The notes: generated by a model from the sequence alone, not told the origin. A DNA stretch of 63,471 nucleotides, filler included, from Anaerolineae bacterium (GCA_029262755.1; 5 parts of 5 records of this genome joined end to end with filler, not necessarily neighbours in it), one strand, 5' to 3'. Positions 31,472-41,465 are shown, counted from the first letter of the whole stretch. A program made the numbers and translations.

Positions 31472-32842
31472 TCAGGGCATGAGCACGAGGTCCATCGTCG
31501 CGTCGGCGCTGCCTTCTGCGGGATAGTGGTGCGTGACCAGCTCTTGATAATCCGGCGCGGTGACCCGCACATGGATGTGCGGCGGACGGCCCGTGTACGG
31601 TGTGGGCGGGATGCTCGCGAAGTGATACAAGCCGGACTCGTCGCTGAAGAGCGTTGCCCGCCACGCATCGCCGTATTCCCCGTCGGGCCCCGCCATCCAC
31701 ATCTCGATCTTGGCGCTCGAGATGGGCGCACAAGAACCAGTCTCGCGTACGACGCCGGTCAACGTGTAGCCCGCGCCGACCTCATCGCGCTCTGGAGCGT
31801 CCGGAACGTAGAAAGGCCCCATGCCGTCCGGCGCGGTCGCCGGGCAGCCGGTACTTGCGGCCAGCGCCGCGGTGGTCGCGGCTGCGTCGGCTTCTGCGAG
31901 CACCGCGGAGCGTTCGTCGGCACGCCCACCGACCGCGCTTGTCTTCTCGCCGTCGTCCAGGCTACCACCGCCGTCGCCCGCGACCGCACCGCCCGCACCC
32001 GTGCTCGGCGCAGCGCCTTGCGTGCTCTCCGCAACCGGCGCCACGATGCGAATGCGCAGGCTCACCTCGTCGGCCACATCGAACATGTTGGCAAAGGAGG
32101 GCGGTTGGATGCCGAAATCGCTCATGCGCACGGTGGCTTCGGCATTGGCTTCGATACCGTTGCCGTCGTAGACGGCCTCCGCGTCGAAGGTCACAGACCG
32201 TGTCACATCGCGCACCGTGAGATCACCGACCAGTTGGAATGCTGCGGTCTCGCCGCCCTGGTAGCCGGTGGGAAAGCCCTCCATCGCCCGGATCTCGAAG
32301 ACCGCTTCGGGAAATTGCTCCGTCTGCAGGGAGCGTTCCGCAACCCGATTGTCGCGCCGCTCTTGATCGCTCGACAGCAGGCCGACGCCGACGACGACAC
32401 GCCCGGAGACAAGCCGCGGGGGATCCTCGGGCAGGATGACCAGTTCGCCCTGGACATCGCCCGTCGTGCCGACCGTCTCCACGACGCCGGGTTGGATGCC
32501 CAACTGGCCGAGCGCTCCTGCGAAGAACTCCTCACGAACCGCGTACGAGGCCTCGGAGGCGTCGGCGTCCACCAGGAAGGTCAACGCGCCTTCGCCGGCG
32601 TCGCTGTCCTCCGCGCTGTCTTCGCCGGAAACGTCGTCGCCCGAGTCGTCCGCCGTCTCGCCGCCTTCGTCCACGGAGCCGGCGTCTTCGGCGAGCGCAT
32701 CCCCGTCGCCCGTCCCATCCTCGGCGACCGAGTCGGGCGCTGTGGGCTCCGACGGTGGTGCATCTGTTGATCGACAGGCGCCGGCCAGCATCGCGATGAC
32801 GATGAGGACGGCGAGAGCAGGAGCACGTAGAAGTTTGGACAT
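31472..32842 (-). CDS. Lipoprotein: YceI domain fused to intradiol ring-cleavage dioxygenase-like domain
   Basis: GGAGG RBS, lipobox LAGAC, YceI motifs (LSSDQERRD, FPEAVF, GDLTVRDVTR, MSDFGI), then GPFY...WMAGPDGEY...PYTGRPPHIHV. Confidence 0.85.
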   Translation of the reverse strand: MSKLLRAPALAVLIVIAMLAGACRSTDAPPSEPTAPDSVAEDGTGDGDALAEDAGSVDEGGETADDSGDDVSGEDSAEDSDAGEGALTFLVDADASEASYAVREEFFAGALGQLGIQPGVVETVGTTGDVQGELVILPEDPPRLVSGRVVVGVGLLSSDQERRDNRVAERSLQTEQFPEAVFEIRAMEGFPTGYQGGETAAFQLVGDLTVRDVTRSVTFDAEAVYDGNGIEANAEATVRMSDFGIQPPSFANMFDVADEVSLRIRIVAPVAESTQGAAPSTGAGGAVAGDGGGSLDDGEKTSAVGGRADERSAVLAEADAAATTAALAASTGCPATAPDGMGPFYVPDAPERDEVGAGYTLTGVVRETGSCAPISSAKIEMWMAGPDGEYGDAWRATLFSDESGLYHFASIPPTPYTGRPPHIHVRVTAPDYQELVTHHYPAEGSADATMDLVLMP

Positions 32843-33179
32843 GAGGTGACCTCCGTGGGGATTCGCATACGTTGAAGCGCGAGGAGGGGCGTGGCCCTTA
32901 TTGTACGGATGGGCCGCGTTGTCTTGCGCTGAGCTGCGCCATCGACGTTCACGTGCTCTGCCGCGACGCTACGCCGCCCGACGATCTGCGCCGTTCATCC
33001 GGGCGATGTCGTGTGGCCGCTCGTCCCGGCGTTCGTCTACACTGCTGGCGTCGTTCTCACGCGCGCGTCACGGGTGTCGCGCCGGCCGCCGTCACATCGC
33101 GCGAAGTTCACGCGTAGCCGCCCTCCTCCAAAGCCCGGTAGTGGTACAAGGAGCGGCCCGCCGCAGCCAGGAGCCCCTG

Positions 33180-34532
33180 ATGTCGTCTAATCCCCGCCCC
33201 TTCCTGCTTCCCGTGGCATCCGGCCGGCACAAAGCGTCGCGCTTCGCGCTCGTCGCCGCCTCCGTGCTCGCCGCCTCTGCGGCCGTCGCGACGCGCCCCG
33301 TCCCCGCGCAAGAGACGGGTACGGGCGCGGTGCGCGTCGCGGCCGTCGAGTCGCTCGGCGTCGTCACGTTTGCGACCGGCACGAGCTTCGAGGGCACGAC
33401 GGTCGGTGGCTGGTCGGGCATCACGTGGGCGGGCGTGGCGGAAGGCGGCGATGAACACACCTACTACGCGGTATGCGACGACCGGAGTCAGATCAACCCT
33501 GCCCGCTTCTACACGCTGGAGATCGACGTCTCGGACGGCGCTCTGGAACCCGGCGACGTGACGATCCGCGCCGTAACAACGCTCCTCGACGAAGAGGGCC
33601 AGGCCTACGCAGGCGGTGCCATCGATCCCGAGGGCATCGCAATTCGATCGGACGGCACGCTGCTGATCAGCTCCGAGGGCGACGCGCGCGCGGGCCTGGC
33701 GCCCTCGATCACCGAACACGGGCTCGACGGCCGCGCGACCGGTTCTCTGCCTGTGCGCGAGCACTTCCAACCGGCCACGGACGGCAGCCGGGGCGTACGC
33801 AACAACCTGGCCTTCGAGTCCCTGACGATCGCACCGGGTGGCGGCACCCTCTACACCGCGAGCGAGGCGGCCCTCGTGCAGGACGGGCCCGTGCCCACCG
33901 TCGAAGACGGCAGCCCCGCGCGTATCGCGCAGTACGATCTGGACACGCGCCTGCCCGGTCCGGAGTGGATCTACCCTGTCGCTCCCATCCCCGTCGCCCC
34001 CAACCCGCCGGAGGGCTTCGGCGACAACGGCCTGCCCGAGCTCATCGCGCTGGATGATCAGGGCACCCTGCTCGCCCTCGAGCGCTCCTTTGCCGTGGGC
34101 GTCGGCAACACGATCCGCCTGTTTGAGACCAGCACCGCCGGAGCACGCGACGTTTCCCTTCTCGACGCGCTCCCGCCGGGTGAGGGGGGCGATCCGACGG
34201 CGCTCGAGGGAGCGCTCGTCAAGCGCCTCGTCGCCGATCTTGGGGAGCTCGGCATCCGGCCGGACAACGTGGAGGGCATGACCTTCGGCCCGGAGCTGGC
34301 GGACGGACGTCGCCTCCTGATCCTGGTCAGCGACAACAACTTCAACGCCGTCCAGGTCACCCAGGTCATCGCGCTGGCCGTGACGCTGGAGACCGTGGGC
34401 GGTCCGGACCCGGAGCCGACGCCGAGCCCTTCGTCCGCAACGGCCACCGCGACGGCGACCGTGCAGCCCACCGCAATGCCGACGGCGACGCCCCGCTCGC
34501 TGTACCTGCCACGCCTGCTGCACGACGGTTAG
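33180..34532 (+). CDS. Secreted phytase-like esterase (beta-propeller) with PT linker and C-terminal YLP motif
   Basis: GGWSGI, DPEGI, ISSEG, NLAFESL, LERSF, DNVEGM, VSDNNF; ends SLYLPRLLHDG. Confidence 0.9.
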   Translation: MSSNPRPFLLPVASGRHKASRFALVAASVLAASAAVATRPVPAQETGTGAVRVAAVESLGVVTFATGTSFEGTTVGGWSGITWAGVAEGGDEHTYYAVCDDRSQINPARFYTLEIDVSDGALEPGDVTIRAVTTLLDEEGQAYAGGAIDPEGIAIRSDGTLLISSEGDARAGLAPSITEHGLDGRATGSLPVREHFQPATDGSRGVRNNLAFESLTIAPGGGTLYTASEAALVQDGPVPTVEDGSPARIAQYDLDTRLPGPEWIYPVAPIPVAPNPPEGFGDNGLPELIALDDQGTLLALERSFAVGVGNTIRLFETSTAGARDVSLLDALPPGEGGDPTALEGALVKRLVADLGELGIRPDNVEGMTFGPELADGRRLLILVSDNNFNAVQVTQVIALAVTLETVGGPDPEPTPSPSSATATATATVQPTAMPTATPRSLYLPRLLHDG

Positions 34533-34645
34533 GGCTCCGGTCTACCCGCAGCGGATTCTACAATCCGCGGCCGCCCTTACGATCGACGATCGGCTCAGCG
34601 ACCGGTCGCTTGCCAGACAACAAGCCCACTAGCCCCACCCGCCCG

Positions 34646-35089
34646 CTACGCCTCGCCCGCCTCCATCATGCGCTTGAGGTTCGCGTAGTCCGCGCGCACG
34701 GTGCGCGCCACCATCACGTCCAACAGGGGTGCGAACAGCCGCATGAGGCCGGTGGGTTGGCCTTCGATCACGGCGCGCACGAGGCTGCCGCCCTCCCCGT
34801 TCGGCCGAACCGCCCGCGTCACCTGGATCGGGAAGGTCGATGCGGTCGTCTCGATGGAAATCGACCGTCCGGGCTGGAAGCCGGTGACCACGAAGGCCGA
34901 GATGACGTCCTTGCCCATGAACGTGGCGATCTGCTCGTAGGTCGAGCCCACCGCGAGCGGCCCGTCCGAGGTCACGACCGCGGACTGCATTCCGTCCTGC
35001 CAGCTCGGGTTGTTCTCGGGATCCGCCAGGTAGGCAAAGACCTCGTCCGAGGGGCGGTCGATGTCGATCTCGATCTCGACGCGGGTCAT
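34646..35089 (-). CDS. SRPBCC family (polyketide cyclase-like) protein
   Basis: IDIDRPSDEVFAYLADPENNPSW...ANLKRMME. Confidence 0.88.
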   Translation of the reverse strand: MTRVEIEIDIDRPSDEVFAYLADPENNPSWQDGMQSAVVTSDGPLAVGSTYEQIATFMGKDVISAFVVTGFQPGRSISIETTASTFPIQVTRAVRPNGEGGSLVRAVIEGQPTGLMRLFAPLLDVMVARTVRADYANLKRMMEAGEA

Positions 35090-35213
35090 GGGCGTGCTCC
35101 CCTTGCGGCGCAGGCGTGATGCCGCCTACGATAGCAGGCGCATGGCAACGGGGCGCGGCCCATCGAAGTTGCCTTCACGACGTGGGACCTGCGTCCAGGA
35201 GACCGAAGAGATC

Positions 35214-35777
35214 ATGGGAAAAACACCGGAAGAGATGGCCGCCTCGATGCTGGCCAACGTGCCGGAGAAAACCGGGCACACGATGGATGAGTGGCGTGCC
35301 ATCGTCGGCGCTAGCAACGCGGAGAAGCACGGACAGATCGTCAAGCTGCTCAAGACGAAGCACGGCGTGACCCACGGTTTCGCCAACCTCATCGCCCATG
35401 AGGTGCGCGGCTCGGCCGCCATGCATGTCGATGACAGCGCATCGCTCGTGGACGATCAATATGCAGGGCCCAAGGCGGAGCTACGGCCCATCTATGACGC
35501 CCTCGCCGCGGCCGTCAGCGACTTCGGCGCAGACGTCGAGCTCTCGCCCAAGCGGACCTACGTCAGCTTGCGTCGCGCCAAGCAGTTCGGCCTCATTAAG
35601 GCCGCTACGAAGACGCGTGTCGACGTCGGCATCAACTGCAAGGACGAGGCGGCCACCCCGCGTCTACAGCCGGCCGGCAGCCTGGGCATGGTGTCGCACA
35701 AGGTCGCCGTTTCCTCCGCGGACGAGGTCGACGAAGAGCTCGTCGGCTGGCTACGCCAGGCCTACGAGCAAGCGTGA
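35214..35777 (+). CDS. DUF4287/DUF5655 domain protein
   Basis: EKTGHTMDEW...LKTKHGVTHGFANLI; PKRTYVSLRRAKQF; EVDEELVGWLRQAY. Confidence 0.85.
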   Translation: MGKTPEEMAASMLANVPEKTGHTMDEWRAIVGASNAEKHGQIVKLLKTKHGVTHGFANLIAHEVRGSAAMHVDDSASLVDDQYAGPKAELRPIYDALAAAVSDFGADVELSPKRTYVSLRRAKQFGLIKAATKTRVDVGINCKDEAATPRLQPAGSLGMVSHKVAVSSADEVDEELVGWLRQAYEQA

Positions 35778-35815
35778 TCGCGATCGCGTGAGAACGTTGA
35801 TCCTCCCCTCGAGGA

Positions 35816-36973
35816 TCAGGGGCCTGTCGTTTCTTTGGCCGCGGTCCGGTTGTTCTGGATCTGGCCAATGTGGTCGCCGACATGCATCTCGGTGAAGGCC
35901 ACGCTCTCTCCGAAGGCGCGCCGCAGCGACGGGGGCGCGTCCGCGTCAAAGGCGGCGCGCGCGAAGTCCGCACTCGTGCGTAGGTCTTCTTCGAGGGTGG
36001 ACCAGAGCCGCTTCCAGGACCGGCGCGCGAGGACCGGCTGGAGCGGGGTCTCGGCGCCGCCCCCCGGCCAACCAGGCGCTTCCTGGTCCGTGACGCGATA
36101 CTGCATCACGGCGTGTGCATAGCGCTCGCTGGCCACAAGATGGGCCAGCACCTCGCGAATCGACCATTCGCCCTCGGCGGGGCGGAAGTCGGCCTCCGCG
36201 TCGTCCAGCCCGTCCATCGCCATCGCGAGGCCATCGATCATCGCCTCGGTGCGCTGCTCGATCGCGTCGGCGTCGAGCGGCACGTCCGGTTGGGCGCGGC
36301 TGTCGAGCGTCAGAGATAGCGTCCGGTTCTGGCCGTCGCGCGTGATGCCGACCTCGATCGTGTCGCCCGCCGCATGCCGGTCGAGCGCGCCGCCAAGGTC
36401 TCGCCACGTCGCCACGCTCCCTGCGCCCATACCCACGATACGATCCCCCTTGCGCAGGCCCGCCTTCTCCGCGCCCCCGCCTTCGACCAACCCACCGACG
36501 AGCGCCCCGCGCCCGTCCTCCTCGTGTTCCTGGTCGCCCCAGATACCCAGCATGGGGCGCCGAGCAGACCGCGCGTGCACGCCTTCCTCGGCATAGACGC
36601 CCAGGTCGGCCAATCGCTGCCGCCACACGATCGCGGCGTCTTCGAGATCGCCCATGTGCTCGGGGACCCGGATCGAGCCCGTGAGCGCCGTGCCGCCCAC
36701 GCCGGGCGTCATGCGCAGATCGGCCTCGAGGACGCCGCCTTCATCGTCGACCACGCGGAAGGCCAGATGGTACGGCGGATCGTAGTCCGTCCAGCGCCCC
36801 GCGGCCTGCCGCCCGTCGCTCCAGCGCAGCACGATGCGCCCACCCGGAAACGATTCCACGCGCGCGTCGTCGCAGCACCATGCGCTCAGGCCGTAGGGGC
36901 TGGCCGCGGCGCGGAACACGGCCTCCGGATCCACGGAAAGATGCTGGGTGAGGACAACGGTGCGATCGGTCAC
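35816..36973 (-). CDS. SRPBCC-PDZ-DinB three-domain fusion protein
   Basis: GGAGG then GTG; SRPBCC N-terminus, PDZ (PMLGI...GAEKAGLRKGDRI), DinB (PAEGEWSIREVLAHL...HVGDHIGQI). Confidence 0.8.
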   Translation of the reverse strand: MTDRTVVLTQHLSVDPEAVFRAAASPYGLSAWCCDDARVESFPGGRIVLRWSDGRQAAGRWTDYDPPYHLAFRVVDDEGGVLEADLRMTPGVGGTALTGSIRVPEHMGDLEDAAIVWRQRLADLGVYAEEGVHARSARRPMLGIWGDQEHEEDGRGALVGGLVEGGGAEKAGLRKGDRIVGMGAGSVATWRDLGGALDRHAAGDTIEVGITRDGQNRTLSLTLDSRAQPDVPLDADAIEQRTEAMIDGLAMAMDGLDDAEADFRPAEGEWSIREVLAHLVASERYAHAVMQYRVTDQEAPGWPGGGAETPLQPVLARRSWKRLWSTLEEDLRTSADFARAAFDADAPPSLRRAFGESVAFTEMHVGDHIGQIQNNRTAAKETTGP

Positions 36974-37094
36974 GAGGATACCTCCACAGTGGGCCGGGGC
37001 ATGATGCGGCCGGCTGTTGCCGAACGAAGAGCGACGGTCTCCGCGAAACATCAACGGGCTTCGCGAGGCCTACCGCGGATGACCGTTGAACATG

Positions 37095-37128
37095 GTACCC
37101 CGTGGCCGGGACTACGGCCACGGGGTAC
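37095..37128. terminator. Strong intergenic hairpin (terminator or operator)
   Basis: Perfect 14-bp inverted repeat GTACCCCGTGGCCG/CGGCCACGGGGTAC; no clear U tract. Confidence 0.45.
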
Positions 37129-37223
37129 GTGAATTGCGATCGACTCATCGAGCACTGCGAAGGGCGAGGAGGTCGACGGCCTGAGCGATTCAGCCGTCGC
37201 CACCGCGATCACCCGCCGCGCGC

Positions 37224-38531
37224 CTACGGTGTTGTCGGTGCGGTCTCCTGGCCCGATCCGCCTTCTCCAGCCATCTCTTCGAGGGCCGCGTCCATCGCCT
37301 CCTGCATGAGCTTCTCGAGCTCCTCTTCGTCCATGCCGAGCGCGTCGAGGTCGAGACCATCGATCTCCAGACCCTCCAGCCCGAGACCCTCGAGATCCTC
37401 GAGGCCGAGCTCACTCAGGTCGCCCAAATCGCCAAGGCCATCGAGGTCGCCAAGGTCATTCTCCGTCGCGCCGAAGCCGCCCATGGGCGACAAGCCGCCG
37501 AGGCCGCCAAGGTTGTCCAAGTCCATCTCCGTCGACCCGGGAGGCGGTGTGAACACGAAGCGCTCGGGATCGATGTTTGCGTCGAAGGTGATGTCTGTGA
37601 CCTCACTGTGAATCGTGAAGAGCATGTCGGGCATGTCGGGCATCTCGGACGTCTCCGGGAATGCAGACAACGCATCGTCCAGAGCCGGATTGGCCCCCGT
37701 CTGCGCCTTGATTGCAGCCTCCCAGTCGGGTCGCACCGTCACGTCGCTGCGCAGCACGTAGTAGTGCTCCATGTCCACCGCGAGCTCGGCGGCCTCCAGA
37801 CGCACAACGTCGAATAACAGCGCCGGCTCGGCGTCCGCCCGAGGCGCGGCGGACACGACAAAGGCCTCACGACCCGCGATCGTCTCCTGGCCGACGTAGG
37901 TCAGGTCATAGTTGTCGACCAGCGTGCGTACCGTGGTGCCCATGATGTCGGCCATCTGGTCGACATCGAATCCGGGCGACTCGAGCTCGCCGACGTTCTG
38001 GTGACTCCACGTATCCATCATGTCGAACCAGCTCCAGATCTCGTCGCCATCGCGCACGACGAGCATCTCCATCCGGTCGAGGCCCATCATGTCCATCATC
38101 CCGACCATCATCTCGGCCTCGCCCCCGTCCGGAGCCTCGAGATTGAGCGCCATGGTCGATTCGGATCGGACCCGCGTGGGGCCGTCCTGCCACTGCTGGG
38201 CATCCATCGCGACGGATACACGCAGGGCGCCCATCGGGCTGTCGGTTTCGAAGGTGGCTGACGTGGTCGAAACCACGTGCAGGGATCCCGGATCGCGGTA
38301 GGTCTCCGCCATGCGGTCCGCGATCTCCTCCGCACTGGGCAGACCGGCCTCGCAGCCGGAGACGAATCCCGCGCTCAGTGCGAGGGCAGCGAATAGCGCG
38401 ACGGTTCGCGCGACCGGGGACAGGATCGTGCGGCCCGGGATGGAGGATTTGGCGGATGATGCGGCTCGGTGGTCGATTAGGGCGGGATCGCCGTTGGGGA
38501 TCCGGGAGGAGGATGAAGGGTGGGACGACAT
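37224..38531 (-). CDS. LolA-like fold lipoprotein with acidic low-complexity tail
   Basis: Lipobox FVSGC, VVRDGDEIW, VGQETIAGREAFVV, FDANIDPERFVFTPPPG. Confidence 0.75.
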   Translation of the reverse strand: MSSHPSSSSRIPNGDPALIDHRAASSAKSSIPGRTILSPVARTVALFAALALSAGFVSGCEAGLPSAEEIADRMAETYRDPGSLHVVSTTSATFETDSPMGALRVSVAMDAQQWQDGPTRVRSESTMALNLEAPDGGEAEMMVGMMDMMGLDRMEMLVVRDGDEIWSWFDMMDTWSHQNVGELESPGFDVDQMADIMGTTVRTLVDNYDLTYVGQETIAGREAFVVSAAPRADAEPALLFDVVRLEAAELAVDMEHYYVLRSDVTVRPDWEAAIKAQTGANPALDDALSAFPETSEMPDMPDMLFTIHSEVTDITFDANIDPERFVFTPPPGSTEMDLDNLGGLGGLSPMGGFGATENDLGDLDGLGDLGDLSELGLEDLEGLGLEGLEIDGLDLDALGMDEEELEKLMQEAMDAALEEMAGEGGSGQETAPTTP

Positions 38532-38801
38532 GGCGTTGGCTCCTCGTGGTTTGATGGCGGTACTCGCACCGAGAATTGGCACGATCGATACCGTTGTACG
38601 CAGTCGGTTGCCGCGCGTCGCGCGGATTGGGCGCATCGAGAGCATCGCGTCGATTGGTGACGCCGCGTCGGATTGCACGCCCATCGATAGCATAGTCGGG
38701 CTGCGTTGCACGTCCATCGCAATTGCGAAGCCCTTAGGCAATGTGGCGAATGGACGTAGGCGCTCTTGGAGGCCACCCCTTCGCGCTGCCATCCTTCGCC
38801 C

Positions 38802-39920
38802 ATGCCTTCCTACTGTGCGCCCGGCACCCCGATCCCGCCTCGCGGCCTCGCCCTGCCCTGGCGCTTCGTCGATATTATCGGTGACGTGCACGGTTGTTTG
38901 CCGGAGCTGATCACGCTGCTCACGCACCTCGGCTACGCGGCGGACGATGACGGCGCGTGGCGCCACCCCCGCGGCCGCCGGCTCGTCTTCGTGGGCGACC
39001 TGTGCAACCGCGGCCCGGACACGATCGGCGTCCTCGAGCTCGCGGCGGCCACGGTGGCGGCGGGACAGGCGGTCGTCGTGCGCGGCAACCACGACCAGCA
39101 CGTGCTGCGCTGGCTGCGTGGCCGCATCGAAGCGCGCGACGGCGACCTCGCCGCGACCGCCGCGCAATACGCCGAACGGAAGAAGCCCGAGCGCAAGGCC
39201 TTGAAGCGCCGGCACCGCAAGCTGCTCAAGCATACGCCGCTGTGGGTGCTGCTCGACCCGAGCGATCGACGAGGAGCAGGCGTAGGTCGGCGGCCGGCGG
39301 ATGGCCTCGCCGTCCGTTCGTCGACGGGACACGCACTGCTCAGAGCACCGCGCGGCTTGGCCGATCCCGAGCTCGCACCGGATGGCGATCGCGAGGACGC
39401 ACGAGTGCGCGAAGATGTACGTGATCGCGACGACGCACGCACTCGAGCGCGCGATCGCGAGCGAGCCTCGGATCCCCCGGCCGCTTTCGGCGCCGACGAC
39501 GCGCGGCTCGTGGTCGCACATGCCGCCTGGCATCCGCGAATCCCGCGCACGAGCAAGCGCCTGGCCCGCCGATGGTGCCTGTACGGCCCGACGCTGGCGC
39601 GCGACGAGACGGGACGCCATCCGCGCCTGGACTGGCGGCGGCACTATCCGCAGGACGCCCCGTACTGCGTGTTCGGCCACACCGCTTTCGACGGCCCCGT
39701 GAACGCGCGCGGGGCCACGCTATGCGTCGACACCGCCTGCGCCTACGGCGGCGCCCTGACCGCGCTGCGCTGGCCGACGCGGACCGTCGTGCGCGTGCCG
39801 GCCCAACGCACGTACTACGAGCACGTTGATCTGCGCGAGGCGCCGAAGCTACTCGACCCCGACGCGCTTGACCTCGGGCCGGCTGCCGCAGCGCTGGCAC
39901 GCGGCGCCCACCTCGCGTGA
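38802..39920 (+). CDS. Calcineurin-like metallophosphoesterase (PrpE/Pnkp phosphatase-like) with insertion
   Basis: IIGDVHGC, FVGDLCNRGP, RGNHD, VAHA, VFGHT, VDTACAYGGALTALRWP. Confidence 0.88.
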   Translation: MPSYCAPGTPIPPRGLALPWRFVDIIGDVHGCLPELITLLTHLGYAADDDGAWRHPRGRRLVFVGDLCNRGPDTIGVLELAAATVAAGQAVVVRGNHDQHVLRWLRGRIEARDGDLAATAAQYAERKKPERKALKRRHRKLLKHTPLWVLLDPSDRRGAGVGRRPADGLAVRSSTGHALLRAPRGLADPELAPDGDREDARVREDVRDRDDARTRARDRERASDPPAAFGADDARLVVAHAAWHPRIPRTSKRLARRWCLYGPTLARDETGRHPRLDWRRHYPQDAPYCVFGHTAFDGPVNARGATLCVDTACAYGGALTALRWPTRTVVRVPAQRTYYEHVDLREAPKLLDPDALDLGPAAAALARGAHLA

Positions 39921-40296
39921 TTCGACGCGCAGCGGCACCAGCCCTCCTGCTCGCCATCCTCGTCCTGCTCGCCGGATTGGGCGCCTGGCGCTGGCGCTCG
40001 ATACGAACGACGCCGGACGATGCCGCGAATCGCGGCGCGCACGAGGGTCGCGGGGCGAACGCGACGGCGGGCGCCGACGCGCTGGGAACGGCCGATGGTG
40101 CGGCGAGCGGACGCGCCGGCCTTGCGACGTCGCGTTCGGACGGGAGAGACGCCGGCGCCGGCGACGGCGACGGCGACGGGGCGCAACCGACCGGCATGAT
40201 CGGCGACGCGTTCACCTTGGATCTTTCGACGGCGACGCCCGTGCCGCTGTTGGACCGGACGGCATTGTTGCCGCTCACGATCTTGAGCGATTCAGA
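39917..40296 (+). CDS. Hypothetical membrane-anchored protein (truncated)
   Basis: GTGA overlap with the upstream stop, N-terminal hydrophobic helix, open into the gap. Confidence 0.55.
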
Positions 40297-40396
40297 NNNN
40301 NNNNNNNNNNNNNNNNNNNNNNNNNNNNNNNNNNNNNNNNTTAATTAATTAANNNNNNNNNNNNNNNNNNNNNNNNNNNNNNNNNNNNNNNNNNNN
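40297..40396. other. Artificial contig-join linker
   Basis: N44-TTAATTAATTAA-N44. Confidence 0.98.
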
Positions 40397-40710
40397 TCAT
40401 GCCCACGATGGTACAGGTGCTAGGAGCCTTGACGCCGCTTTGGATCCCACCCAGCGACTTTCTACTCCATCCGGTGTTAGCCGCAGTGCGCCGCCGGCCC
40501 GACTTCCGCCCGCAACCGAGCGAGGTCGCGCGGTTGATCGAGGTGCCCGTACGTAGCCTGCTTGACCCATCTCTGCGCCGCACCGCCACCCGTAAAGTGA
40601 GCGGGACCGATCGCGCCGTTCCTTACTTCGACGTCGCCGGACATGTAGTTTGGGGTGCAACTGCCATGATCCTGGCCGAGCTCGCGCACGTGTGGCAAGA
40701 CGTCGCGTGA
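40397..40710 (+). CDS. CoA pyrophosphatase (Nudix), C-terminal fragment
   Basis: LGALTPLWIPPSDF, PSEVARLIEVP, VVWGATAMIL. Confidence 0.85.
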
Positions 40711-41366
40711 ACACCCCTTTTGAGCGCCCGCGTGCAGGTGGCGGTCGCCTCTTCGTCGCCGTCCAACCCGATGATGCTATGCGTGATGCCTACGTGGCCT
40801 TTCTGGCCGGAGTGTTCGAGGATCTGCCGGGCACGCGAGTGCGAGCGGTGCCGCCCATCAACTGGCATTGGACCCTACGGTTCCTCGGCCATTTGGACGA
40901 CGAGCAAGCGGGAAACGCCGTTCGGGCGCTCGATCGCGCTGTGGACGGGCTCGGCCCGCCCTTCGAGCTGGACAACGCGGAGCTTGGGGCGTTCCCAAAT
41001 GGAGCCCGTGCCCGCGCTGTCTGGTTGGCCCCGCGACGTGGCGAAGGGCGCGATGCGCTACTCGCATTGCACCGACGGGTGTCGGTCCCCTTCGCGAACC
41101 TGGAAGCACAGGGCCTTCTGCCTCGAACAGATCCGGGTTCTCCCCCTCGCCCATTCCGACCACATCTCACGCTCGCACGCTTGCGACCACCGATCGACCT
41201 GCGAGCACGCCTGCACTCGTGGCAGCCAAACGCTTCGCTACCCAATGCGAGGATCCGAGAGCTGGTGCTCGTCCGGAGCCACCTCGGCCATAGCACCCCG
41301 CGCTACGAAACGCTCGCCTCGTGGCCATTGCGCCGCACGGATGACGAGAATCGAACAAGCGGTTAG
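40707..41366 (+). CDS. thpR: RNA 2',3'-cyclic phosphodiesterase (2H family)
   Basis: RLFVAV, two HxT motifs (HWTLRFLG, FRPHLTLAR). Confidence 0.9.
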   Translation: MNTPFERPRAGGGRLFVAVQPDDAMRDAYVAFLAGVFEDLPGTRVRAVPPINWHWTLRFLGHLDDEQAGNAVRALDRAVDGLGPPFELDNAELGAFPNGARARAVWLAPRRGEGRDALLALHRRVSVPFANLEAQGLLPRTDPGSPPRPFRPHLTLARLRPPIDLRARLHSWQPNASLPNARIRELVLVRSHLGHSTPRYETLASWPLRRTDDENRTSG

Positions 41367-41465
41367 AATCCGACACTCGGTCGCGACACGGACGCGATCG
41401 GATGGGGACTATCGGAAATTGGGTGATGCATTCGAAGGACCAACGGCGAGAGAGGATTCGGTGCA

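Noticed and set aside
33055..33112. TCAC repeats upstream of the phytase-like gene as a possible PHO box
   Set aside because: Only one 11-bp spacing; the others are irregular, so support is too weak.
38532..39680. N-terminal extension of the 818-aa minus-strand ORF
   Set aside because: Antisense to the phosphoesterase; the lipoprotein starts near 38531.
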